Assembly: GCF_006345805.1 (NCBI RefSeq)
Contig: NC_043000.1
Location: 26,598,001 to 26,662,000, forward strand
DNA: 64,000 bases
Direction of reading: 5' to 3'
Source of the DNA: Octopus sinensis
Lineage: Eukaryota
Numbering within the stretch: the stretch's first letter is position 1; every line of letters starts with the position of its first letter. The position numbers were made by a program, and so were the translations under genes. The notes beneath the pieces are model-generated. The model saw only the letters and a program-made list of their open reading frames with translations. It did not search any database and had not been told where the DNA came from. Positions 14,071-27,964 of the stretch are shown here, piece after piece.

Positions 14071-14314
14071 ATTCAAGAAATTAATACACACACACACACA
14101 TAATCAAGATAAGCAACAAGGATATCCAGAAGTAATGCAGTACGATCGTTTTATGCAACCCCATTTAATTGAACAATGTAATCCTTACATCAATTTAAAA
14201 TGCATAGCAATCTTCAGCTGCACAAAGAAATTAGAACAGCTGGACACATTAGTATAATTATACCTAAAATCTCCAAGAAGTTAAGAGACAGACAAAAAAC
14301 ATGCATAGAAGTTA

Positions 14315-14485
14315 CTGTGTATATATTTCCTTTCTGCTTATTTCTGTGTTCCTTTTCCTTGAAGAGCGTAGGCTCGAAACATAAAAGACTTTCTCACTTC
14401 CCGAGCGTTAAACTAATACATCTATTTGTTGTTTACACACCCGTCTTCGTCTTTTGTTTTGTTCTTTTTGTAAATTCCAACTATA
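14315..14485 (+). mobile_element. Penelope-like pseudo-LTR fragment with hammerhead-like motif
   Basis: ccttgaa-GAGC-gtag-GCTC-GAAAC followed by ttcccgagcgttaaactaatac; same architecture as 46275-46460 (minus). Confidence 0.55.
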
Positions 14486-14529
14486 TATGTACCGCCTTTT
14501 AGTATTTTGGGGCCACCATTCGGTACTGT

Positions 14530-14893
14530 TTTTGGTGAAGAAGCGAGCTGGACGAAGTTGCTCTTCTTTGTACCTTCTGCCGTGATGTGAGTTCATCTGG
14601 GATTTCAGATAGAAATTTATCCAGGTGCTTTTTGAACATTTCCAAATCTACACTTAGATTCCTTAGCAGGAATGTTAAACAGTTGTGGTTTGCTGAAATC
14701 CAAGCTGAGATGAAGAAGACGGTATCTTTGGTGCTATGCAGTTCCGTCCAGTTCGGTGGTTGGTATAGCTTTTAATTCCAAATATGGGAGCTCGACGGTC
14801 CAGGATATTCCATATGTATATCACTGCATATCTTCCTCCCCTTCTCTTCAAGGAGTAGAGATTCAGTTCTTGTAGCCTCTCCCTGTAGCTCAT
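14530..14893 (-). mobile_element. CR1-group LINE ORF2 3' fragment
   Basis: MSYRERLQELNLYSLKRRGGRYAVIYIWNIL..RTGRNCIAPKIP carries the YxERLxxLxLxSLxxRR motif of CR1-group ORF2. Confidence 0.85.
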
Positions 14894-14917
14894 GTATATA
14901 TATATATATATATATGA

Positions 14918-15012
<95 letters not shown>

Positions 15013-15297
15013 ATACATGCCGTAATCTGCCTGTCGCTCTTTTTTTCTTTCTTTCAACTGTGGTTTTTTACGTTAGACCGGCAAGTCCAACTATAGCAGA
15101 AACTTCGAAGTCACTGTGAAAGAAATTCTCTAGCAAAAGCTATCCATACACTTGTAAGGTCTATTTTTCTGTCAATATTCACACTTATAGAAAACAAATT
15201 TCCATTACACACACACAGACACATACACACGCGCGCGCACAGACAGACACACACATTAAGATAGTAGCACAGTCTCATATGTGCGTATATGTGCATC

Positions 15298-15445
15298 AGT
15301 GTGGTAAGTAGCTTGCTTACGAACCACATGGTTCCGGGTTCAGTCCCACTGCGTGGCACCTTGGGCAAGTGTCTTCTACTGAAGCCTCGGGCCGACCAAA
15401 GACTTGTGAGTGGATTTGGTAGACGGAAGTTGAAAGAAGCCCGTC

Positions 15446-15495
<50 letters not shown>

Positions 15496-15722
15496 GTGTG
15501 TGTGTCTGTTTGTGTGTCTGTGTTTTCCCCCAACATCGCTTGACAACCGATTCTGGTGTGTTTACGTGCACGTAACTTAGCGGTTCGGCAAAAGAGACCG
15601 ATAGAATAAGTACTAGGCTTACAAAGAATAAGCCCTGGGGTCGATTTGCCCGACTGAAGGCGGTGCTCCAGCATGGCCACAGTCAAATGACTAAAACAAG
15701 TGAAAGAGAAAAAGAGTAAAGA
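15298..15722 (+). mobile_element. SINE family A (tRNA-derived head, CORE-like block, internal (TA)n(TG)n, LINE-derived tail)
   Basis: gtgtggtaag..ggttcagtccc (A/B-box-like); gcaccttgggcaagtgtctt resembles the CORE/MIR core; tail gcggtgctccagcatggccacagtcaaatgact. More than 10 copies in the window. CORE-SINEs are known from octopus (OR1/OR2); exact family identity not verified. Confidence 0.9.
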
Positions 15723-16524
15723 GTAATATATGGACAGGTATGTATACAACCATACACGTAACGAGTATTCAACGTAACGAGTATTCAGTTTTATTACCTA
15801 ACTTCACATTTACTTGTGTGATTCAGCCGTCATGCTGGAGCACCACTGCGACATAGATGCATACATGCAAGGAAAAACATAAATAGATAAATATTAGGCG
15901 TGAAGAATCCTATTCGAACGGGAAAGAAGAGAGCAATTACGCATGACGGGGTGGGTATTTAGATGCTATTTAAAGAGATTCTACAGACAGCTTTTCAGCA
16001 AAGACGATTAAAGACTCGCTTGTCCTCGCTACGCCGCAGTTATTTCTTTCATTATTAAAATATAAAGAATGATTGGATTAACTCAAATAACAATGCAGCG
16101 ACTTAAACAGAGATATCTGCTAAGCTACGGCAATACTTCCATTAAGAAATTTCTATATAGACATACGGACAAATATAGCTCGCATTAACACAGGCGAAAA
16201 CAGGCATCAACGAACACACAGTTATGTAAATCCGTATGTATGTACGTGTGTTTGTATATTTCTATATATGCATGTGTTCATGTATGTATACATACATATA
16301 TGCATATATACATACATACACACATACACACACACACACACACATGCATATATATATTACATAAGTATTCGTGTGTTCATATGTATATATATATATATAT
16401 TTATACATACATGCATACATATATAAATATATATGTATATAAATAATATATATTTTATGTTCATTATCTGTCTACCTGTCCAAGTGTCTGTCTCCCTTCC
16501 CCCTCTTTCTCTCTCTCTCCCTTA

Positions 16525-16835
<311 letters not shown>

Positions 16836-17732
16836 ATATATTATATTATAATTTAAAAGGTATAGTGTGTGTGTCTATATGTGCAGAGAAGCAGTTTTCA
16901 TAAATCTCGAATACATTAAGTTATTTAACGTATTTTTAAATAGCGTTCGTCCGTACTCAGTCACAGACTGAAGCATATATATCATCACGCTTAAATATAC
17001 ATAGATCGAAACTCACTCGCACACTCACACATACTAATCTTCAATATACCCACATCCTCAACTCAGTCACACACAAAGTGATATATCATCAGTTTTATTT
17101 AGTCAAGCAAATTGATGTACATTGAGAGAAGAACTATAGAATGAGAGCTAGACGAAATAACCGAAAACGGTTATGAAAATATGTTATTCAAGTGGTCACG
17201 TGATCGAGCAGGCTATCAGACGTTGTTATACATCGCTGGTCACAATGGACTTTGTATGGCTTTAGATTTTGAGTAATGCTAACCCGCTGGCTAGGCGAAC
17301 AGGCCAAAGTTCTTTCCCCGATCGGAAGGTTAATCCGTTACAGTTTTACCCATTTAAAGGTAAGTGGACAGGTGCAAAGGGAAATGAAATATAGATCAAA
17401 CTTTTTACGTCAAGTATTAAATACTGTATGCAAAAAATTTTCAATTTCCTGAAAGTATTTTCCTTTCCCTTTGCAAAAAGCAGCAATTTTCACTAGATAT
17501 TTTGATTCCTTTCATCAACAAAGAGATAATTTCCAATTCATTGAGAAAATTTTCCGCACGTTAAAGAGTACATCATCTTCTGCCTAAAAAAGAAAAAAAT
17601 CAGGTGACATATGTCCAGGGGACTTGGTAGCATTTACTGGTTATTAGATAACGCTTTTTCTACAAAAGTTAAACGAACATGCAGCGCGAAGCGCGTAAAA
17701 TGGCCTTTTCAATATGCGTGTGCGTATGATTA

Positions 17733-17815
<83 letters not shown>

Positions 17816-17862
17816 TTATCTGTATGTCAATGTCTGTCTGTCTGTCAATGCCTGTCTGTCAG

Positions 17863-17923
<61 letters not shown>

Positions 17924-18635
17924 GTGCGTGTGAGTGCATGTGTGTCTGTTTGTAAGTGTGCATGTTTGGTTGTATGTGTGCGTGTGTGTGTGTGTGTGTG
18001 TGTGCGTGTGCGTGCGTGTGTATGTCTTTGTATGTGTGTGTGTGTATGTGATATTCAATACATGTATGCAATAATCACATCGAGAATGTGATTGCTCCAT
18101 TCGTGTATTACATATTTAATGTAGACTTCTTCTACAATGATATTCCGGTCAACACTCAAAGATTTTGTTGATGACATTTGCCCAATGTGTCATGCTGAGG
18201 GATCGAATCTGTGGCGAAATATATGCACACACATAGGCGCGCACATCACACACATTTTTTTAATGCTAACACTTAACTACTTTTCACAATTCATTTCACG
18301 GTTCCGATTCTCAGGCGACTGAAGAAGTAAAAAAATATGACGGACAGAAAAAAAGATTTTAGATTCACCGATGAGTAACGCCTTCCTAGGTCTTACGTTA
18401 ACCGCATGAAATCCTCTTAGGTATGGGGAAATGATCAAATACACCAACACTCAAATACACCACTCTACTTGTAACAAATTTTGTATTGAGCACTTCGTTC
18501 TTTTGTATGAAATCTAACACACACACACACATTTAAAATCCATTTTTCAATACTGATATGAGTTGGACGATTCAACAAGAACGGAAGAGCCTGAATGCCG
18601 TGACAAGCCTCAGTGTCTTTGGCATGGCTTCTAGC

Positions 18636-18672
<37 letters not shown>

Positions 18673-18698
18673 GTATATATATATATAATATATATATG

Positions 18699-18835
<137 letters not shown>

Positions 18836-20680
18836 ATATTATATATATATGTATATATATATATATACATGTATATTCGAAAATATAAAATAAACAGATG
18901 GTGTAATAAATATATTTATTAAGATGACTACAGGAAAATATGAGACAGGTCTTAAGATAAGTGCTGTAAATAATCGATAAGAGTGAGCAGTCAAAATTTC
19001 CAATTTCATATAAAATAACGGCCACACGCATCCCCATCTTCCACACAAGAACAGATCAGCTTACATATTCACATACATATCGGATGCACACATACACACA
19101 TACACAAACACATGCAGACGAGTGTCTGTAGTAAATATTTTATATTTATGCCTAATCGATATTTAAAGTAATTTTAACTTCGAAATCAATTTTAACAATA
19201 TTTTTAATAATAACACAAATATTTCAGCCTCTTGAAGAAAATTATCATGCAGTAGAAAAAAAAATGGAGCTAAAAGATTTTAGTTTGGGAAAGAAATGAA
19301 GCAGGAATTAATATGTTGTCAAGTTCATTCTATTCTGGTGTTGCAAATTCGATCGGCCTACGGCTCTACTTTTATCATTGACAATGCAAGTTCTCTCAAT
19401 TTATTTCACAATTTGATTTATTATCCTTGGAAATGGAATTTCGGCATTAAACACTTATACAAAAGAGAAGTTTCTTGTAAAGAAATTGGATACTGCAATT
19501 TGTAAGGAAATGTATTAATTTTTAAAATGTATTAGCCACAATTTACCATAAATGAAATAATTTACCATTAATTTGTAGCAGAACATTTTAGTCAAATATA
19601 ATTTTACGTATTGATTTTAAAATATTGTTCTGTTTATTTTGCAGTTAATATGCGTGTTGGTACATTTGTTGGAATGATAACTACACTCCTTAAAAACTAT
19701 ATATTTATACACAAGTGTGTGTGTGTGTGTATGTGTGTGTTTGTGCGTGTGGGTGCGCATGCGTATTGGCTGCAACTGAATTTTGAGTAATGCCATCGCT
19801 TGATTGCTCTCTTAAACATGAGCTTCTTCGATGTGGCTTTTCAGTCCCGCTAGGGACTGTCACACATTTTGCATAGATATGGCAACGATCAGTTCCTCTG
19901 GCAGTACGTAATGCAGTATTCTTTATATATACATGCATACTTACGTATATACGCATGCATACTTGGTTGTGTGGTTAAGAACTTCGGTTGCAAGCGCATG
20001 GGTTCGAGTTCAATCTTACTATGCGGTACATTGTATAAGTATCGTCAGCTACGATATATACGATAATATAATAATATAATAATAGGTACGATAGCTATGA
20101 TAATATAATTTCAATTTCCTAGACGTCGTGTGTATATATGTGTACACACACATTCATACACACACATTCATACACACACATACATTTATACTTCTTAACC
20201 ATTAACTTTGAGTTCCTTTTTATCCCCTATAAGTTTGTGTACAAGGTTGCCTATATTTCACATCACCCACCCGTCCCAAAACAACACACACATACACATT
20301 TTTCCGCCTAGAGCTCATTATTCGGAGAAAAGTGCAAGAAATCTATTGTAAAGTACCCATTGAAGAGAATTAAAAAGGGAATTAAAAGATCACTTAGGTA
20401 CGAATAATCGTCGTGAGACGGAGTTGAAAATTAGTTTCTCCTCCAAACAGATACAGTAAATACATCAAGGTTAGTATACCATGCTGAGTGTTTGCAAATT
20501 GGTTTTGTGTACTATGAGCCAATGGCTAAATAAAGTGGTCGGTGAAGTGAAGTTGTCAGCGGCCTTTGTCACACGGAATGAAAGGCAGAGTCGCTCGTCA
20601 ACATTTTTCTTTGAAACACCTTTACAGAGTACTAAGGGCGTTGTACATACATACATACATACATACATACATTATTATTA

Positions 20681-20858
20681 TGGCTGCTCCCTTATTATCG
20701 AGTATGGCCATTGCACGAAGCTTAACTGTTACTGGTCCTGTGATCGAATGTGACTTTTTAGCCCAGCCAAAGATCTACAATGTCTTGTACAGAATTGGCA
20801 ACTAAAACCTTTGCCGGTAATAGCCGGCTGTAGTTGTAACTGGGCTTCATGTACCTTT
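20681..20858 (-). mobile_element. RTE-like 3' end fragment between (CATA)n tracts
   Basis: ggctgctcccttattatcgagtatggccattgcacgaagctta is near-identical to 55807-55850. Confidence 0.5.
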
Positions 20859-20910
20859 GCATACATACATACATACATACATACATACATAATACATACA
20901 TACATACATA

Positions 20911-21320
20911 TTGGTGGAATGTCCCGGTGAAAACCTCATAGACCGGATATAATAATTTGAGATAGAGAAGAGAAACCGTATAGTTGTGGAAATCAGTTGC
21001 TCAGCTGATGTTAACATAAAGCTGAAGATCAGTGAAAAAGGGAATACTGACGCTGAACTATCGAGAAATCTGCAGTCACTCTATTACAAGTTCAGGTTTA
21101 TATCTGTAACTGCTGGGGCACTGGAATATGTTATATGCTGCCTAAATACCAATCTTGAGAAACTAGGTTTCTCAAAACCAGAAGGGAGAAAGCTAATTCG
21201 AAGACTACAGATCCAATCCATCACTGGAACTGTAAAAATCTGTAAATCTTTTCAGAAGTTTATCATTTAAATATATATATGAGTATGTCTAGATATGCAA
21301 GTAAATGCATAAGAATACAT
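20911..21320 (+). mobile_element. 5'-truncated RLE non-LTR retrotransposon (R4/Dong-like) in (CATA)n
   Basis: Decayed frames give WWNVPVKT..RPDIII*DREE..VVEISCSADVNIKLKISEK..GALEYV..LEKLGF..LQIQSITGTVKICK, i.e. the PD-(D/E)xK restriction-like endonuclease domain. CATA repeats on both flanks; second copy at 42723-42985. Confidence 0.85.
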
Positions 21321-21584
21321 ACATACATACAAACATACATACATACATATATACATACATATGAAGATGCATACATGCCTATATGCATGCATACATACAT
21401 ACAGACTTATGCATACATACATTACATATATATATATATATATATATATACACTTCTCCACATATACACGCACCTCATCAAAGCGAATCTATGTTAAAAC
21501 GGTCACTGAGAAGTATTTCAGGATATTTAAATCCTTGTCTGGGGGTAAAATTGTCTTATGACGAACTTAGTATCATCGTGTAGG

Positions 21585-22017
21585 GCAGAAGTTCTCAAGC
21601 GCCATTCATATGACCTCTGGAGGTCCATGTATGATTTGTTGTAAAAGTTTATGCTCAGTGAGTTGTTTATACTTCTACAGTACATAAACTATTTTAACAA
21701 TTGTTTTACAAAATTCTTAATGATATTTCATTTAAAAATATAAGACATTTTAAACACCAAAAGGCTATGAGAGTCCACTCGAGTAAAACACGTATCGGTT
21801 GTCAAGCGATGTTGGGGGAACAAACACAGACACACAAACATACACACACACATATATATATATATATATACACATATATACGACGGGCTTCTTTCAGTTT
21901 TCATCTACCAAATCCACCCACAAGGCTTTGGTCGGCCTGAGGCTATAGTAGAAGACACTTGCCCAAGATACCACGCAGTGAGACTGAACCCGGAACCATG
22001 TGGTTGGCAAGCAACAT

Positions 22018-22048
<31 letters not shown>

Positions 22049-22191
22049 CACATATATACGACGGGCTTCTTTCAGTTTTCATCTACCAAATCCACCCACA
22101 AGGCTTTGGTCGGCCTGAGGCTATAGTAGAAGACACTTGTCCAAGATACCACGCAGTGAGACTGAACCCGGAACCACGTGGTTGGCAAGCA

Positions 22192-22228
<37 letters not shown>

Positions 22229-22416
22229 CACATATATACGACTGGCTTCTTTCAGTTTTCATCTACCAAATCCACCCACAAGGCTTTGGTCGGCCTGAGG
22301 CTATAGTAGAAGACACTTGCCCAAGATACCACGCAGTGAGACTGAACCCGGAACCATGTGGTTGGCAAGCAAGCTACTTATCATCATACAGCCACTCCTG
22401 CTATGAGAACAACCGA
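21585..22416. mobile_element. Probable hAT-type MITE interrupted by SINE A
   Basis: Left cagaagttctcaa..atgacctctggaggtccat and right ..tgagaacaac resemble CAGxGGTTCTCAA / TTGAGAACCxCTG termini; degenerate. Confidence 0.35.
21785..22400 (-). mobile_element. SINE A with its ~180 bp 5' half triplicated in tandem
   Basis: Three near-identical blocks (cgacgggcttctttcagttttcatctaccaaatccacccacaagg..ggttggcaagcaa) at about 21880, 22059 and 22239. Confidence 0.9.
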
Positions 22417-22631
22417 CTCATAGTAAATTACAGAAATTTATTTTAGACAAAGAAAATGCGTCCCCGATGTTTGGAAAAATAAGCGAACTGTTACAGAATA
22501 TTATACATTATGAAGCAGCGTAATACGAACTGTTGATCGCTTTGTTGGTAGATGGCTAGCACTTTACCAATAGAGCCAGTACTAGTCATCTGTATTTAAT
22601 GCTCGCATTAAAGAGCAAACAATCGTTTATT

Positions 22632-22765
22632 AAGACTGTGGATGAAAAAACTCCCTCAACATTATGAGTGACGAAACCGTTATGGTCGTCCGGGGCGACC
22701 AGTTACCATGTATTGTCTTTGTTATACTTCGTTTTAAACATTATATTGTTTTAAATATCAACACT
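22632..22765 (+). mobile_element. Degenerate Penelope-type terminal fragment with hammerhead-like motif
   Basis: gactg-tGGATGA-aaaa-actc..gagt-gac-GAAACCG-TTA-tggtc; helix I gactg/tggtc. Confidence 0.4.
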
Positions 22766-23959
22766 GCTCTGTGTATGTATGTATGTATGTATGTATGTAT
22801 GTATGTATGTATGTATGTATGTATGTATGTATGTATGTATGTATGTACGTATTGTTTCTGTTGTTTTCCTGTTGTGAAGTTTATTGCCACGCGTTGCCGT
22901 CCTAGTTTTCCGTTGTAGTTTATTGCAAGTCATTTTCGCCCCAGTACTTCATACAGTTTATTGCATTAGTATCTTGTTAGTGCCTTTGTTGTCATCGTTG
23001 TTATTGTTGTCTTTTGTTTACGTTCATTTTTTTCCTCCTCTTTCTTATATACATAGCATTTTATTACACTTGTGTTATTCTTCCTGCCGTTAGTACGTTT
23101 CATAGACTTTACTCTCCGTATTCAACATGATGCATTTTATTGCAGTTAACCTCGATACGTTTTTTCTTTTACTTCTAACTTCTCGTTCATACTTAACACA
23201 TAGTTTCTGCTTCATTGTTCTAATAGCATATTGTAAAATATTTTTTCACCAAAAATAAAGCTATTTCTTTATTTTTTTCTAATTAAAGAAAAACAAATAA
23301 ACACATAAATAGCGTATAGAAGAAAGGAGGATAAAAAGGAACTTAAAGTTAATGCTACTCTCTACACAAAATTTATTTATACTTATTTGCTTTTGGCTTT
23401 CATCTTAAAATCGATTCTGCGAGAACATACGTTTTTGAAACCTATTGAGAAGATGTCCAATCAAAATAGAGCATGCGAGAATTAATGTACTCATTGGTAC
23501 AGAAGTTTAAATACTACACTGAGTGAATTTTATTTTATATTCTTCAGCTTTTGATAAAACAAATAAGACCCAGTAAAGTACAATTCTACTGATATTTTCA
23601 TACACCCTTTCATAATGATTATTGTAACTAATGCTGTTGTCCTTGTTACGCTCTCTCTGTCTTTGTGGTTGTTACGTTTCCGTAGCTTATTCTCAAGCCA
23701 GCCCTGATCGAGCAGAACGGTGATCACAAGTCTTCCAGCTTCGCGTGGCTTCTATATTGCCTGTGACCATCATATGTTTGTGAAAATCAGACATCACATT
23801 GTCCACGGTGGGGATTAAAAAGAAGTTTTAACCAGTAAAGAGTGATGGGATCTCTCTATGTATCTATTTATTCACCCACCTTTCTCTGTCTCTTCTACAT
23901 ACATCTACACTAACCAGTGGACATTTTGTATTGAGTCGTATAACTCAAACTCATAGAAC

Positions 23960-24155
23960 CTGTTACCCGATTTCCATGGATCCCAACGTTCCCGACCAAG
24001 CAAGACTCCAGTACATCGCAGGGTCACTCATGTATAACTGAGTGGACAGTAACAACGTGAAATGAAGTGCCTTGTTCAAGAACATAATCCAATACTCGCT
24101 TCGGGAGTCGAAACCACATTCTTTCGCGCAACACCCCTAACAAATAGGCCACAGG
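23960..24155 (-). mobile_element. Old SINE C-related copy
   Basis: actgagtggacagtaacaacgtgaaatgaagtgccttgttcaagaaca..ggagtcgaaacc..ccctaac. Confidence 0.6.
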
Positions 24156-25027
24156 CCGTCACTGTTTTACTGCTGCTCTTTTTAAACAATCCTTTTTGTT
24201 TTACTATGCAACTTTCAGTCTATAAAAATTGTTTTGGTCCCATGAACCATAGTTCAAAACTGTTCTTTATTTACCAACCTAGTTGTTTTGCTCATTTTTA
24301 AATACAATTTCATGATTTATCGTTCTTTTACTTCTGGTTCTGGGCAAATCCCAATTCATTTTCATTAATTCTTGTCCAAAATCTCTTACAGAATATCTTC
24401 AATGTAACGTTTTTGCAACCAAACCATTTTGACTATGGGTGAATGGTTTTACAATTTGAAAGAAACATATTTACTGCTATTGTCATGATATTTATTTGTT
24501 GAATTGTATCATACAGAATACGTTAAAGAATGGGTTGAGGAAAAAAATCCATTCCAAGTAATAGCAAATATAATGAACATCTCTGGTTTCATACAATTTT
24601 ACATCTATCGTTTACATAATTTTACATGTGTCTGAAATGTATATATTTACATACATAAAAGAATGGACGCGTTGTAGCTAGGGTAAACATTCTTAACGCC
24701 AAGCACTTTTACCATCGGACGAGTCATGTTTTGGTAAAACACACACAACTGTTCAGTTTGCTGAATATGACAGTTATTAAGCAAACATGTAATAGAACGG
24801 ACCATCCAATTTAGTGGGAATAAGGAAACAAATGACATTTTAAATGAAGTTTTTTTAAAAAAAGAATTATCCACTCGAAGTGGGAAGAATACCGTCTCTA
24901 AATGTTACAAGTGAAATAATGAAGTGGCTAGCGTGTTAGCTCAATCACCTACTAAGAAAATAGAAAATAGAAAGTGTAAAATAGGAGAGGGATGACCCAA
25001 AGAAGGAAGAAGCAGAGAGCGGGGAAG

Positions 25028-25058
<31 letters not shown>

Positions 25059-25497
25059 GGAGAGAGAGAGAGAGAGAGCGAGAGAGGGAGAAGAGAGAGA
25101 GAGAGAGAGCGAGAGAGGGAGAAGAGAGAGAGAAAGATGTTTATTTGCAGACGATGTTGTTGAAAAGGTCGCTGGCACATGGTCACTCAGCCTGCTGAAA
25201 ATGCCAGCTAAAACTCATAAATCACATCCTTAAATAAGGGCTATATTGGGTAAAATAGTCCCTTTAAACGAATGATGGGATAGTCATGAATGGAACCCTT
25301 TTATTAATAGTTTGACGATTGCGACTGATCTGCGACGACATAACTACACCAAAGTTTATTTCGATGAAGGCTTCTGGTAAAGCGTGAATGTTATTAGGCG
25401 TGCCAGACAAATTACCGTCAAAGGCCTCTGTACCTCCTCAAAGATGGGATAGAATTATTAGAAAATTCTATCCCTCATGTAGTGGCATATATGCAAA

Positions 25498-25533
<36 letters not shown>

Positions 25534-26611
25534 TACTGCATTAACAACTTCCGTTACTATACACCGGAGTTGTATATGGATGAGAATCTTATCTGAATTT
25601 CCATTCGATTTGGAATGAAGTGTAATGGATTTATTGATTGATAAATCTATTAATTGATTATCATCCACTTTGTGTTATGCACCAAACCTTGTCTATGCTT
25701 GAGGCTAACAGACTGTCTGTGTCACGATCATTTCGGATCTCACAAACTAAAGAATGGAGAATTTGTACATCTTCAAATTTTATTTATTAATCAAAATATT
25801 TTTTCCAAATTTCATACCGACACGTGTTTCTGTTGCTTAAGTGTCCTAGTACCCTCCGATGTAGTACTTATGTAGGCTCAGTTGATTTATATGAAATCAA
25901 TTACGATACATGTTTCAGGGCAAAGGTTGATAATCCTATGCAACTTTATTCTAGGGGTTACCCATACCAATTGGAGAAATGAACTCAAGATTCAAGGGCA
26001 ATATATCCATTCTTAAATTATACATTTGGTGAGGGATCATGAAATATCAGGGTAAATGAATATAGAGATTGTGGTGAAATTTGAGATATAACCATAGAGT
26101 GACCTTTCCGGAAGTTAAGGGAACAGATTATTTTCTTAGTGTTAAAGGAATCTTAAGTAGGTCAGGATGTATTCGTACCACTAATATAATTATAAGGAAA
26201 ATGGACAGATTTAAGGAAGATTAAAACACATATGAATTTCCTTTTGTCTTACTTGCTTAACTTAGCTTGATCTTAGCGATGGGGTTTTATATGTTATCTA
26301 ATATTAGTTTTCCTTTATTGGATAAACACTATACGTGTATGCGAACGTGTGGTGGGTGTATGGGCATAAGCATTTTGTATATTCGTATAATGTGTGAACG
26401 TCCAAGGATTGTAATGGTTATCATGTAAATATTTAAATAAAATTTATATCACATTATATATATATATTATATATATATTATATACACATACATATGTTTA
26501 CACACAGACACACTAGCACATACACAGATAGTGTGTGTATGCCTGAGTGTGAATTTGTGTGTGCGCGCGTATATATATATATATATTATATATATTATAT
26601 ATATATAATAT

Positions 26612-26650
<39 letters not shown>

Positions 26651-26864
26651 TATATACATGCATATATGTACATACCTTCATATATATGTATATATACATG
26701 CATATATGAGTACAGGACGTCAAAAAACGTGAGGAAAATGAGAAACGAGACGGGCAACATACAGAAAATTCCCTGCATCAGTTGTCCCCTGTTTTATCTA
26801 CTCTGCGTTTCGAACGTATGCATGTATGCATGGGGGTGTATGTATATATAAACACTCATATATA

Positions 26865-26910
<46 letters not shown>

Positions 26911-27445
26911 GCATGTGTGCACGTGTGTGTGTATGTATACATCCACACACATATTCATATATGTTCTGTATATCTCCATTTATGTATACACACACACTTA
27001 CACACGTAGTGGCATACCCATGTACATACGCCACATACAGGGACAAAGAAACAGACAGATGTCCGCTTATTTGCGTATGTGTATGAGTGAGTGTGTGTGT
27101 GTGTGTGTCTGTCTGTGTGGATGTGTATGTGAGTGTTTGTTTGAGTGTGCCTAAGATACATATATCCTTACCTCCCTCTATGGAGTGTTCATTTTAAGAT
27201 TGTGTTAATGTTAACGTTTCGATATAAAATAATATAAAATTAACAGCAAACGTAAACAAAATGAAAACAGTAAATAACTGACTATTTCTAATTTCAAAGA
27301 AGTAATTAACAAAATACGTAATACATTTTTTGTATGAACTGTAAACAGGTATAACCACATTTTTAGGATATGTATGCATATTCGTCTTCGTGTATGTATG
27401 TATGTATGTAATGTATGTATGTATGTTTGTATGTATGTATGTATG

Positions 27446-27476
<31 letters not shown>

Positions 27477-27499
27477 TGTATGTATGTAATGTATGTATG

Positions 27500-27530
<31 letters not shown>

Positions 27531-27617
27531 TGTATGTATGTATGTATGTATGTAATGTATGTATTTATGTATGTATGTATGTATGTACGTATGTATGTAT
27601 GTATGTATGTATGTATG

Positions 27618-27648
<31 letters not shown>

Positions 27649-27651
27649 CTA

Positions 27652-27931
27652 TGTCATTATTCAGTTTATTTCAAAATTTCTTGCTAATAGAGAAAGAACC
27701 GGTTTCTAACTCAGATCCAAGGCTCATTCATTGGAATTTCAACATCAACAACAGGGTATTTTTGTTTGTATGTATGTATGTATGTATGTATGTATGTATG
27801 TATGTATGTATGTATGTCATTATTCAGTTTATTTCACGAATTCTTGCGAATAAAGAACCGCTTTCTAAACTATAGTCCAATCTCCTTCATTGGAATTTCA
27901 TCATCAACAACAGAGTATTTTTGTTTGTTTA

Positions 27932-27964
<33 letters not shown>

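Noticed and set aside
24655-24760. Possible minus-strand exon (QTEQLCVFYQNMTRPMVKVLGVKNVYPSYNASILL) with AG/GT ends
   Set aside because: Weak polypyrimidine tract, no homology recognised, and such patterns are expected by chance in 64 kb.
25700-26330. RGYP motif suggesting a decayed Penelope reverse transcriptase thumb region
   Set aside because: Only a four-residue match amid stops and frameshifts; not supportable without a profile search.
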